A DNA stretch of 64,000 nucleotides from Spirochaetia bacterium (GTDB lineage Bacteria > Spirochaetota > Spirochaetia > CAKZLE01). The stretch lies in NCBI GenBank assembly GCA_963677595.1, contig OY782041.1:960001-1024000 (forward strand), written 5' to 3'. The position numbers and the translations under genes were made by a program. A model generated the notes under the pieces. The model had not been told where the DNA came from. It did not search any database and was given only the letters and a program-made list of their open reading frames with translations. This document shows, one piece after another, positions 29,534 through 38,669 of this stretch (position 1 is its first letter; each line of letters begins with the position of its first letter).

Positions 29534-29974
29534 TTATGCGAATCTGAACTTCGAGCTGTAGTAGTCGTATGCCTTATCTGCTTCCTTCATGATGTATGAA
29601 GTTACCGGGTTCTTACCTTCCTTGTAGGTATAGTCCCTGACTGCAACGTCAGCAAAGACATCTGCATCCTCTTTCATCAACTCGAACCAGTGCTCAGCCA
29701 TCTCGAGGTAGAGGTCTGACTTGTTCTTTCCCCGGAACATGAGGCCGACTCTCCAGGAGTTCATCTCATGCTTGAGTGGGATATAGATGTTCTCATGGTA
29801 GCAGAAGACCCCATCGAAGAATGAGAGCTTTGTCCCGAGCTTTCCTTCGAGGTCTGTAATGTATGATTCTATATGATCTAAGAGAGTATTCCATTTCTCA
29901 TCACTGCTCATGACCAAACCGACGTTTCCGAAAGCGATCTCTACATGGTTCCTTTTGTCAGTCATCTGTGACAT
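29534..29974 (-). CDS. Hypothetical protein (146 aa)
   Basis: AAGGAG RBS, own AT-rich promoter region and terminator. Confidence 0.75.
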   Translation of the reverse strand: MSQMTDKRNHVEIAFGNVGLVMSSDEKWNTLLDHIESYITDLEGKLGTKLSFFDGVFCYHENIYIPLKHEMNSWRVGLMFRGKNKSDLYLEMAEHWFELMKEDADVFADVAVRDYTYKEGKNPVTSYIMKEADKAYDYYSSKFRFA

Positions 29975-30328
29975 ATGCCACTCCTTATAATTGGTATTTC
30001 TTTATCGATAACATACTGAATCTTACAAAAATAATCAATAGTTTTTTAAAACTTTTCCTTGACAAATATCTTTTTTACCCCTTGTAGTGTTATTGCTGTA
30101 TGTATTCTGTGTTTTATATGGTTTTTCTTGTGAATATTCTCAGAAAAATGAGTTCTTATGAAAAATATTACTTTTTTTACTTCTCAGCCCCATACGTTCC
30201 CGGCACGTCCTGTCAGTACGTTCCGGCCTATGTCCTTCACTTCCAGAGAAAAAGTCACGCTGGTATATACGGCTGTGCAGGGATCCTGTGCTATACTGGA
30301 TTATGTTAATACAACCATGAGATGAGGT

Positions 30329-31606
30329 ATGTCTATGAACCCTTCCCTGAATCCGCTGGTAACCTGTATCAAGGAGTCAGCTACGCTGGCCATCAACCTT
30401 CGAGCACGTGAGCTGCGAGCCCAGGGAAAGGAGATCTCCCACTTCGGGTTCGGCCAGGCGGCCTTCCCCGTTCCCGACATACTCCAGGAGGCACTTCGCA
30501 GCAATGCTGACAGCAACATGTACCTGCCCACCCAGGGGATGGTCGAGCTGCGGGAAGCAGTCTCCGACTATTACCACAAGCAGTTCGGCCTGGACTTCCC
30601 CGCAAGCCAGATCTGCGTGGGACCGGGAAGCAAGGAGCTGATCTTCCAGACCCTCTACCTCGTGGAGGGTGCCCTCCTCATCCCCGCCCCGAGCTGGGTC
30701 AGTTACGGACCGCAGGCATCACTTCGCGGGAAGGAGGTCTTCCCCATCGAGACCGAGCGGGAGAACAGCTACAAGCTCACCCCCGACGAACTGGATAGGG
30801 CATGCCACTCCCTCGGCCAGCAGCAGAAGATGCTGATCCTCAACAACCCGAACAACCCCACCGGGGCGGTCTACACCCAGAGGGAGGTCGATGCACTGGC
30901 CGAGATCTGCAGGGCCTACCAGGTGATCGTCATCTCTGACGAGATCTATGCCGGGATCGATTTCACCGGCCGGCCCCAGGCCAGCATGGCGAAGCCCTAT
31001 CCTGAAGGGACAATCGTGAGCGGCGGGCTCTCCAAGCTGTTCGCCGCCGGCGGCTACCGCCTGGGCGTGATGCTCTTTCCCGAGAGCCTCGCCAACCTGA
31101 TGGCAGCGATCAAGGCGATCATCAGCGAGACCTTCAGCTGCGTGAGCGCCCCGATCCAGTATGCCGGCCTTGCGGCCTATTCCCGGTTCGATGAACTCAA
31201 ACCCTTCGTGGAACGTACCCGGGACATCTACCGCTTCGCCTCCACCTACTTATGGGACCGATTCATCGACATGGGGCTCAACTGCCCGAGACCTGAGGGG
31301 GCATTCTACCTCTTCCCCGATTTTGACAACTTCAAGTTCAAGCTGAGGAAGCACGGTCTCTATACCGGGCTGTCGCTCTCGAAGCGGGTACTCGATGAGG
31401 CAGGCGTCGCCCTGCTGCCCGGATCAGACTTCTACTTCATGGCCACCAATCTCGGGGCAAGGATCGCATCTGTCGATTTCGACGGTGCCAAGGTCTATGA
31501 GGCCTGGCCAGACAGGCCGGACGACCATGAGCAGGTAGTGGAAGAACTTTTCCCCAACCTGAAGATGGGGTGTGACAGGCTCGCCGGCTTCCTCAACCAT
31601 CTGTAG
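30329..31606 (+). CDS. PLP-dependent class I/II aminotransferase (aspartate aminotransferase-like)
   Basis: NNPNNPTG, SDEIY, GLSK...GGYRLG. Confidence 0.93.
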   Translation: MSMNPSLNPLVTCIKESATLAINLRARELRAQGKEISHFGFGQAAFPVPDILQEALRSNADSNMYLPTQGMVELREAVSDYYHKQFGLDFPASQICVGPGSKELIFQTLYLVEGALLIPAPSWVSYGPQASLRGKEVFPIETERENSYKLTPDELDRACHSLGQQQKMLILNNPNNPTGAVYTQREVDALAEICRAYQVIVISDEIYAGIDFTGRPQASMAKPYPEGTIVSGGLSKLFAAGGYRLGVMLFPESLANLMAAIKAIISETFSCVSAPIQYAGLAAYSRFDELKPFVERTRDIYRFASTYLWDRFIDMGLNCPRPEGAFYLFPDFDNFKFKLRKHGLYTGLSLSKRVLDEAGVALLPGSDFYFMATNLGARIASVDFDGAKVYEAWPDRPDDHEQVVEELFPNLKMGCDRLAGFLNHL

Positions 31607-31751
31607 GAGCAGGACCGAGGTAATAATGCCAGGTTGTCTTCGGATGGTGGCAGCAGCCCCATCCCGTCTCCCAGTAATGGATGGCAATCTGCCAAGGTTC
31701 ATATTCCCAATTAGCAGGCTATGAAGATGTTGGGAAACATCAGTGCATATA

Positions 31752-31890
31752 CAGTTGGTAATATAACCACCAGTTGGTAATATAACCAACACCTCTATGC
31801 CAAATGTTTGTTATTTGTTTTATATACAAGGAGTTATTATCGGTGGTAATATAACCGCCTGTTTGTTATATAACCAACAGCTGTTTGTTA
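31752..31890. repeat. Four GKTKGTWATATAACCRMC palindromic boxes in two 19-bp-spaced pairs, plus half sites
   Basis: Copies at about 31754, 31773, 31842, 31861. Confidence 0.85.
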
Positions 31891-32021
31891 TCTGGCCTTG
31901 CAGATAGTATTGGGACCCTTTCTGGCAGCAGCGTGTTCTTAGCAGAATGTTACTATTTTGTAATGACATATATTGACTTTTGCGTTACACATGCAAATCC
32001 TATAGAAGAGGAGATCATTGT

Positions 32022-32279
32022 ATGGGACAATCAACAGTGAATATCACTTTTCGGATGGATTCTGAGCTGAAACGCAATCTGGAACAAACTTGCCAGGAGC
32101 TGGGATTAACACTCACTGCAGCATTCACCATCTTCGCAACGAAGGTAGCCAGGGAGAAACGCATACCGTTTGAAGTTGCTGTTGATCCTTTCTACAGTGA
32201 CCAGAACATGGCCAGACTTCATACATCTATTGCACAGATGGAAGCGCTAGGCGGGACAATCGAGGGTATCAGGGAATAA
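32022..32279 (+). CDS. RelB/DinJ-family antitoxin (orphan)
   Basis: ITFRMDSELK..C.ELGL....AF.IF...V.RE.RIPF..DPFYS; GAGGAG RBS. Confidence 0.88.
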   Translation: MGQSTVNITFRMDSELKRNLEQTCQELGLTLTAAFTIFATKVAREKRIPFEVAVDPFYSDQNMARLHTSIAQMEALGGTIEGIRE

Positions 32280-32333
32280 TCTGTTGGTACTCTGTTCAAC
32301 AGAGGTTGTCTCATATGGTATCTGCCAAACCAT
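32247..32333 (-). pseudogene. Truncated RelE/ParE-type toxin remnant
   Basis: MVWQIPYETTSVEQ starts inside the 3' end of the RHH antitoxin, like RelE N-termini; stops after 28 aa. Confidence 0.55.
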
Positions 32334-32550
32334 GTGCTTCGATGACCGTATCCAGTGTATGTGTGCTGCTTCGGCCTGCCCTGAGATCTTCTTCTCGCTT
32401 CTCTGCCAAATACACCATTTCCTGCTCGGATACCTTTTCCAGAAGAGCTTCCTGGATATAATACGTCTTTGTTCTTCCTGTCCGTTTTGCCAGATTATCG
32501 ATGCGGTCAATCAGCTCTTCCGGCAGTCTCACAGATATCGTTCTTCTCAT
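32311..32550 (-). CDS. Ribbon-helix-helix (RelB/StbD-like) antitoxin
   Basis: ISVRLPEEL..RI..LAKRTGRTKTYYI.EAL; AGGAG RBS. Confidence 0.88.
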   Translation of the reverse strand: MRRTISVRLPEELIDRIDNLAKRTGRTKTYYIQEALLEKVSEQEMVYLAEKREEDLRAGRSSTHTLDTVIEAHGLADTI

Positions 32551-32684
32551 GACTGTAATCTCCTGAGAAGATTGTATCACATGTATTACGGGCAAGACAA
32601 ACCAAGATTGGCACCAAGTTCAACAGGGAAAGATATCGTCTCCTGAACACCCTTGTTTTACCGTCGGACCGACCCAAATCTCTT

Positions 32685-33854
32685 CTACACCATACTTTCA
32701 AGATGGATTGCCATACGAACCCTCAACAGCATGACATTGGGGATCAGTTTATTCTCCGGCGTTCTCACGAGCAGGTTCATGTCCTCCAATGCCTCAAGGT
32801 CACGTATGAACGTACGCTCAGATACTTGCCTGTAGAGAAGCAGCACCTCCTGAGATGCATCCTGAAATCCTGAGCATGCCCTCCCCGGCTGCCAGTTCAG
32901 GACCAACTCCCTTCGTCTCCTGTGCAGGGAGCTGAGCTGAGCGGTATGCCGAGATCTCAAGGAATTGAACTGTTCGAATATATAGCTTCTCCACGCAATC
33001 TGCAGAGCGGATACCTGAACTGTATCCAACACCTCCCTCAACCCGTCAAGCAGCCCTTCCACCGCATACCGCAGAAACTCACTCAAGTCGTTGCTCCGGG
33101 TAGCCTGCCCGATCTTCGCATAATACATAGCCCTGGTGTCATTATAGTGGTTTGATAGAATGTGCGATGCAATATTCGGCATCCCCGCCCTCATCAGGAT
33201 ATAGAATTCCAGCAGCCGAGCTGTCCGTCCATTGCCATCCAGGAATGGATGTATCCAGGCAATATACATATGGGCAACTATAGCCTGTACTATTGCTTCC
33301 GTTATTGACTGGGCTGCTCCGAAATGGAACTCTGACTTCAGCCATTCACACAAGTCATGTACATACTTCGGGACTTCACTGAAGTTTGGCGCCCGGTAAT
33401 CACCGACATAGACATTCCTTCGCCTGAACGTACCGGGGTCAGCTTGAAAAGACTCCCCTACATCCCTCCCGACCAGCTCATGCAGCTGCAGCAGAAGAGA
33501 TTCACTGATATACTCAATATTATTCTTGAACACCAGCTCGCCCATGATAAAACTGAATGCACTCAGAATATTGCTGACTTCCTTCTCCTGATACTCCTTG
33601 CTTGGCTTCGGGGCATGTCCGACACTCCCGATCTTTTCGATCTCCACCAGAGAAAGGGTGTTCCCCTCGATGGCAGTGGTAGCCTGGGCTCCTTTTCTCA
33701 TGGAGACAAGCATCAACTGCTGATGATATTGCGGAAGAATGGGTGTATCGGAGATGGCTTGTATCAATCCCTTACATTCACCAAGCATGCTGGCAAGTTC
33801 CTGGTCGATCTCCCATCGTTTCCTGAAACAGATATGATCATGATTGGTATGCAT
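32685..33854 (-). CDS. Fic family protein (class II) with C-terminal wHTH
   Basis: HPFLDGNGRTAR; inhibitory-type TTAIEGN; VSERTFIRDL. Confidence 0.93.
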   Translation of the reverse strand: MHTNHDHICFRKRWEIDQELASMLGECKGLIQAISDTPILPQYHQQLMLVSMRKGAQATTAIEGNTLSLVEIEKIGSVGHAPKPSKEYQEKEVSNILSAFSFIMGELVFKNNIEYISESLLLQLHELVGRDVGESFQADPGTFRRRNVYVGDYRAPNFSEVPKYVHDLCEWLKSEFHFGAAQSITEAIVQAIVAHMYIAWIHPFLDGNGRTARLLEFYILMRAGMPNIASHILSNHYNDTRAMYYAKIGQATRSNDLSEFLRYAVEGLLDGLREVLDTVQVSALQIAWRSYIFEQFNSLRSRHTAQLSSLHRRRRELVLNWQPGRACSGFQDASQEVLLLYRQVSERTFIRDLEALEDMNLLVRTPENKLIPNVMLLRVRMAIHLESMV

Positions 33855-33874
33855 ACAAGGCTCCTTTCATAACC

Positions 33875-33902
33875 ATTATACGCAGAATAGAGACCATGTC
33901 AA
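33875..33902 (-). promoter_or_regulatory. Consensus sigma70 promoter of fic (TTGACA-16-TATAAT)
   Basis: TGTCAA at 33897-33902 and ATTATA at 33875-33880 on the + strand. Confidence 0.7.
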
Positions 33903-34082
33903 ACTCTATCATACTATTTAGCATGATTCCTGTCGCGATCAACAAGAAATCTGTCAAAGATTATATCTTTTCAGTATTAGCAGTTATTTGCCAATTTTCA
34001 TGTTTTTGACAGAAAAGTTGTCAAGAATAATTCAGAATTCTGTCAAGCGTTTTGTCAAGCATCCTGTCATGGATGCTGTCTT

Positions 34083-34796
34083 TCAGTACAGTCCCTTGCA
34101 GATCGGGCAGTCGGGGTCCCGCTCTACGGAGAGGGTGTCTAGGGACATCGCCTCCAGGTCACTGAGCCAGACCTTGCTATACAGCCCCTCGTCCTGCCCA
34201 AGGATGATCTTCACGGCCTGCAGGGCCTGCAGGGAGCCGATGACCCCAGCCACGGCACCGAGGACCGGGACCGGGCCAGATGGTTCTGCGGGGTTCCCCC
34301 AGAAACAGCCGAGGCAGGCATCCCCCCTCCTGATATTCATCTGAAACCCGGTGTATGCGTTGATCCCGGCCTCCACAACCGGTATATCGAGAAGCATCCC
34401 TGTCCGGTTCACCGTCATCCTCGTGTGCACGTTATCGACACAGTCGACGATGACATCGTGGCCCGAGAGGAGCATGTGAGCATTCTCCTCCGTGACCCGT
34501 TCGGTATGGGTATGGTATGTGATCCCTGAATTGAATGATGAGAGTTTCTCTTTGGCTGATTCGGCCTTCATCCGCCCGAGATCACGCTCCCAGTGGAGGA
34601 CCTGCCGGTTGAGGTTGGTCATATCAGCGGCATCATCATCGATGATAGTGATCTCCCCCACCCCTGCAGCTGCAAGGTAGTAGAGGACCGGGCTCCCGAG
34701 CCCCCCGGAACCGATCACGACAGCTTTTGCAGCAACAATACGCTCTTGGCCTTCCTCGCCGAAATCCGGGATGAGTATCTGTCTGGCATATCTCAT
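34083..34796 (-). CDS. moeB: HesA/MoeB/ThiF family adenylyltransferase
   Basis: RYARQ, GSGGLG, NLNRQ, two CxxC. Confidence 0.9.
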   Translation of the reverse strand: MRYARQILIPDFGEEGQERIVAAKAVVIGSGGLGSPVLYYLAAAGVGEITIIDDDAADMTNLNRQVLHWERDLGRMKAESAKEKLSSFNSGITYHTHTERVTEENAHMLLSGHDVIVDCVDNVHTRMTVNRTGMLLDIPVVEAGINAYTGFQMNIRRGDACLGCFWGNPAEPSGPVPVLGAVAGVIGSLQALQAVKIILGQDEGLYSKVWLSDLEAMSLDTLSVERDPDCPICKGLY

Positions 34797-34855
34797 GGCT
34801 TCAACCCCCTGAACTTATGTATATCCTACCATACCATGGGGATCAGATACAGGGT

Positions 34856-35065
34856 TCAGCCGCCTGCGGCGAGGGTATAGATCCGGATGTCATCACCATC
34901 CTGCAGCTTCGGCCGCTCAGAGGAGAGCCTCACGAGCCGGCCGTTGATGCTCACGGTGATGAAGTTCATCTCATCGGGCTTGAGCTCTTCATCCCTGATG
35001 AGTTCCTCGATAGTGACCTCGTCATCGATCTCTTTGGGCCTGGTGTTCACCAGGACCCTAATCAC
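34856..35065 (-). CDS. MoaD/ThiS sulfur-carrier protein
   Basis: GTG start overlapping the aor stop; about 69 aa ending in GG. Confidence 0.88.
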   Translation of the reverse strand: MIRVLVNTRPKEIDDEVTIEELIRDEELKPDEMNFITVSINGRLVRLSSERPKLQDGDDIRIYTLAAGG

Positions 35066-36779
35066 GTGCGACGACCTTCTGTCCCATCCTGTCGTAGATC
35101 TCCTGCAGCTGCTCATAGGGGACATCGAAATGGTTCCCGGTCATCGGTGAGGTCTCATCCCGGAAGCGCCGGGGCAGGTCCTTCACCTGCTCACTCCAGC
35201 CGGCCTTGAGGTTGAACTCCTTCTCCCAGCCGATGATCTCAGCACCGATGTCGATGATCTTCTGCCACGACCACTGGCCGCCGTAGAGTCCCTTCATCAT
35301 CTTGACGAGAAGCTTGGAGAAGTACCCCATATCGGCACAGAAGGGCATGATGGTGAACATGCAGAAGCTGCTGTCGATCATGACCGTCAGTGCCTGCTGG
35401 AACAGGGCTGAGGCGACATAGCTGCCGTCCTCGTTGGCAGCAGTGGCCGTCGTATGGTCAGCCCCCTGCGGGGAGACCGCGAAGACGACCCCGAAACCCT
35501 TGTTGTTCTTGGGATCGAAGGAGGGGAAGGTCTGGCCGTTGACCTCGGCGACACGGTCGCACCCGAGGTATTCGCTCAAGGCACGGATGCCCGAGGCAAG
35601 CTGTACACCCTCCTCTTCACCGGTGCCTATCCCATCGATGAGCCTGATAGACCCTTCGGCATCACCCCACTCGAGACGACCTGCATCCATGAAGAGTGCC
35701 AGGGCATGACCGATCTCCATGGTATCGACACCTAACTCATCACACTTCCGTGAGATGACAGCTATCTGGTCAAGGTCATGGATGAGACAGTTGGTGCCGC
35801 AGAGCGCCACGGTCTCATACTGCAGCCCCGAGGTGATGTACTCACCCTTGTCGTTGCAGTAGGTGTTGGAACTCCTGATCACGCAGCCGGGATGGCATAC
35901 GAGGCCATGTTTCCCGCCGTTCTTCTCGAGCTTGTCGAACAGGGCGTTGGCATCCACCTGGTCGAGTCCCTCACAGACCTCAGCCCGGAAGTTCTTCACC
36001 GGGAGCATGCCGTTCTCGGCCATGGGCCGCAGGACAGCCATGGAGCCGTACTTGGACCGGTTGGCAGTCCCCGGGTGCTTGAGCAGCGCCTTCGCAAACT
36101 CCCTCGCAGTCGTCTTGAAGAGTTCCTCATCGGCATAATCGGGTTTGGAACGGACTTCTGCGTTCTCGATGAGGAAGGCCTTGATCCGCTTGGATCCCAT
36201 GACCGCACCGAGCCCCCCTCGTGCGGAAGCACGGCAGGGCTCGCCGGTGGCGAAGTCGGTGTTCATGATTGCCGATACCGGGTAGAGCTTCTCACCGGCA
36301 GGGCCGATGATAGAGATCGCACAGTCGCGGCCGAACCGTTCATAGAGTTTGTTGACAGCGGTGTAGGTGTCCGCACCGATGAGGTCATCGACCTCATCGA
36401 GGTGGGCCTCCCCCTTGCTGTCGATCCGTACGATGTAGAGATGGTCATCCTCTGGCATGCCCTCGACGATGATCGTCTTCACCCCGTGACGGGTCATATA
36501 GGTGGAGGTGAGCCCTCCGGAATTCGCCTCTTTGATCCCCTTCGTCAAGGGACTCTTGCCCCCGATGGAGATCCTTCCTGCTGTGGTGGCAGTCGTGCCG
36601 GCAAGTAACCCGACGGTCACGATGAGCTTGTTGTCCTTCCCGAGGGGATCACATGCAGGGGGTACTTCATCGGTGAGGATCTTCGCGACGAGTCCCCTCC
36701 CGCCAAGACAGCGGTATGCTTCAGGAACAGCTTCATACTGCACCTGTTTTGTTTCCATATCTACCCGCAGCAGTTTCAT
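35058..36779 (-). CDS. aor: Tungsten-dependent aldehyde:ferredoxin oxidoreductase family protein
   Basis: LGGRGL, KSPLT.GIKEANSGG, RGGLGAVMGSK, YET, D.LG.DT, GADHT. Confidence 0.92.
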   Translation of the reverse strand: MKLLRVDMETKQVQYEAVPEAYRCLGGRGLVAKILTDEVPPACDPLGKDNKLIVTVGLLAGTTATTAGRISIGGKSPLTKGIKEANSGGLTSTYMTRHGVKTIIVEGMPEDDHLYIVRIDSKGEAHLDEVDDLIGADTYTAVNKLYERFGRDCAISIIGPAGEKLYPVSAIMNTDFATGEPCRASARGGLGAVMGSKRIKAFLIENAEVRSKPDYADEELFKTTAREFAKALLKHPGTANRSKYGSMAVLRPMAENGMLPVKNFRAEVCEGLDQVDANALFDKLEKNGGKHGLVCHPGCVIRSSNTYCNDKGEYITSGLQYETVALCGTNCLIHDLDQIAVISRKCDELGVDTMEIGHALALFMDAGRLEWGDAEGSIRLIDGIGTGEEEGVQLASGIRALSEYLGCDRVAEVNGQTFPSFDPKNNKGFGVVFAVSPQGADHTTATAANEDGSYVASALFQQALTVMIDSSFCMFTIMPFCADMGYFSKLLVKMMKGLYGGQWSWQKIIDIGAEIIGWEKEFNLKAGWSEQVKDLPRRFRDETSPMTGNHFDVPYEQLQEIYDRMGQKVVARD

Positions 36780-36793
36780 GATACGTCTCTCCT

Positions 36794-38014
36794 CTACTCT
36801 GAGTAGCGTGATTTCGTGATCTTTTCCGTCAGGACAGACAGAATGAACGCGATCACAGCCAGGACGATGAAGATGATGATCATCGGACGATAGGAACCGA
36901 GCACATCATATGCAGAGCTTATCACCGGTATACCCAGAGCGGTCCCCCCGGTGAGGATGGCAACGAAAATCCCAATGAACTTGTTGTAATCCTCACTCTT
37001 GATGAAAGAGGAAACGAAGCACGGGACAATAACTGTCTGAGAAGCTACCGAGATACCGAACACGATCGCGAAGATGACGGCTACCCACTGGCTGGCAGTG
37101 ATCAATAGGATCAGGCTGCCGCCGATGAAGGTGGCAAAGACCACACCCATGGTCTTTACAGGCCCGAATTTGTCATAGAAGATCCCGAGTCCCATCTTAC
37201 CGAAAGCAGCCGAGAAGTAGACGACTCCGGAGATAGTCGCTGCCACGACCGGATCGATCCCCTTGTCCTGCAGGAACACCGGTGCGATAACGAGTACCGG
37301 GTGGATGATGATACCCATGATCAGCACAGCGAACGCTCCAAGGATGAAGTTACCGCGCTTAAACCCTTCCTTATAGGTCAGGGTCCCCTCTTCATGGATG
37401 ACCTCATCCCCTGCTTCACCGGCATTCTTGCCCTTGAGGTCTTTCGGTGAATTTCTCACCAGGAGAGTGATCACGATGACCGCTGCCAGGATGAGAATCG
37501 CGGAGACCCGAAAGGAGTACTTGAACCCATGCTTCTGGATCATCTCGCCCACGAGCATACTGAAGACCGTACCGCCGAACCCGCTTCCGGCGAAGATGAG
37601 GCCCATGACGGTACCTTTCTTCTTGGTGAACCAGTTATTCACCAGGGCCGCAGCAGATGATATCGAACTGAAGCCGAACCCAAACCCAAGCAGAGAACCT
37701 GCGAAGTAGAAAGCCGGCAGGGTCGTCGATATTGAGAAAACCATCAAAGCCGCCGTGATGATGATACCACCCATAAAAATCACTTTCCTGACCCCAAGTT
37801 TCTTCTGAAGGACCCCGAAAGCTAGATGTGCAAACATAGCGAAAACCATGAACAGGCTCAAGACGACCGAATATGAAGTTCGGGAGAATCCATACTCCTG
37901 GGTGATCGGTATCTGGTAGAGACTGTTCGGGGAGTTTGCTAACCCGACAACCATGAACGTCATGATAAACGCCCCGATAAACACAACCCAGGCATAACTT
38001 ATTTTTTTACTCAT
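36794..38014 (-). CDS. MFS transporter (OFA/monocarboxylate-like)
   Basis: 12 TM; WF.KKKG..MG, G.FYDKFG. Confidence 0.88.
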   Translation of the reverse strand: MSKKISYAWVVFIGAFIMTFMVVGLANSPNSLYQIPITQEYGFSRTSYSVVLSLFMVFAMFAHLAFGVLQKKLGVRKVIFMGGIIITAALMVFSISTTLPAFYFAGSLLGFGFGFSSISSAAALVNNWFTKKKGTVMGLIFAGSGFGGTVFSMLVGEMIQKHGFKYSFRVSAILILAAVIVITLLVRNSPKDLKGKNAGEAGDEVIHEEGTLTYKEGFKRGNFILGAFAVLIMGIIIHPVLVIAPVFLQDKGIDPVVAATISGVVYFSAAFGKMGLGIFYDKFGPVKTMGVVFATFIGGSLILLITASQWVAVIFAIVFGISVASQTVIVPCFVSSFIKSEDYNKFIGIFVAILTGGTALGIPVISSAYDVLGSYRPMIIIFIVLAVIAFILSVLTEKITKSRYSE

Positions 38015-38110
38015 TTCGACCTCTGCTATTCATTGGTTTACAGACACAAGTGACCATGTCTTACCATGGCCACCGGTTCGTATCGTATCAGGCATACGCC
38101 TGCATAATAT

Positions 38111-38584
38111 CTAGTTGAATACGGCGCCTTCGTAGCCTTCCCACATCGCTGCCCCGTCCTTGATCCTCTTGACCCTGAACTCAGGCAGGCCTTCGCCCCA
38201 CTCGGTAGCGATGAAGACGTCAGCCATCTCGCAGGCCATCCGCAGGCTGGTGGTGGTGCCGCCGAGGGCAAGGATGTTCGCATCATTGACGATACGTGAA
38301 TCCCGTGCTGCCCAGACGCTCTCCACACGGGCACATCGTGCACCCTTGTTCTTGTTCGCAGCGATGCTGATACCCACACCGGTACCGCAGACCACGATCC
38401 CGAGTTCTGCCTCTCCGCCGGTCACGGCTTCTGCGACATTCCTCGCAACGGTCATATACATCACGGGAGCATCAGGATCGGTAGTCCCGACATTGTTCAC
38501 GTCATGCCCCTGCTCTATCAGGTGCTTCTCAAGTCCAACCATCATCTCATAGCCGCCGGGATCGGCGCCGATCGCTAATTTCAT
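38111..38584 (-). CDS. RpiB/LacAB-family isomerase (atypical, His residues missing)
   Basis: CGTGVG.SIAANK; DP in place of DH, IVND in place of EHNN. Confidence 0.88.
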   Translation of the reverse strand: MKLAIGADPGGYEMMVGLEKHLIEQGHDVNNVGTTDPDAPVMYMTVARNVAEAVTGGEAELGIVVCGTGVGISIAANKNKGARCARVESVWAARDSRIVNDANILALGGTTTSLRMACEMADVFIATEWGEGLPEFRVKRIKDGAAMWEGYEGAVFN

Positions 38585-38669
38585 CGTTTCCCTCCGTCAA
38601 TAGTATATGTTCTTTTCATATGCACAGCCGCCATCCGGCAGCTGTGCATCCTTCAGCTTCGATACGTCG

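Noticed and set aside
30193-30228. TACGTTCC(C)GGC duplicated upstream of the aminotransferase
   Set aside because: Only two short imperfect copies with no supporting structure
31626-31724. 32-aa ORF with GAGGT RBS after the aminotransferase
   Set aside because: No recognisable motif; cannot be distinguished from chance
31752-31890. Repeat array as a mini-CRISPR
   Set aside because: Repeats abut with 1-nt gaps, there are no unique 25-45-nt spacers in series, and no cas genes are present
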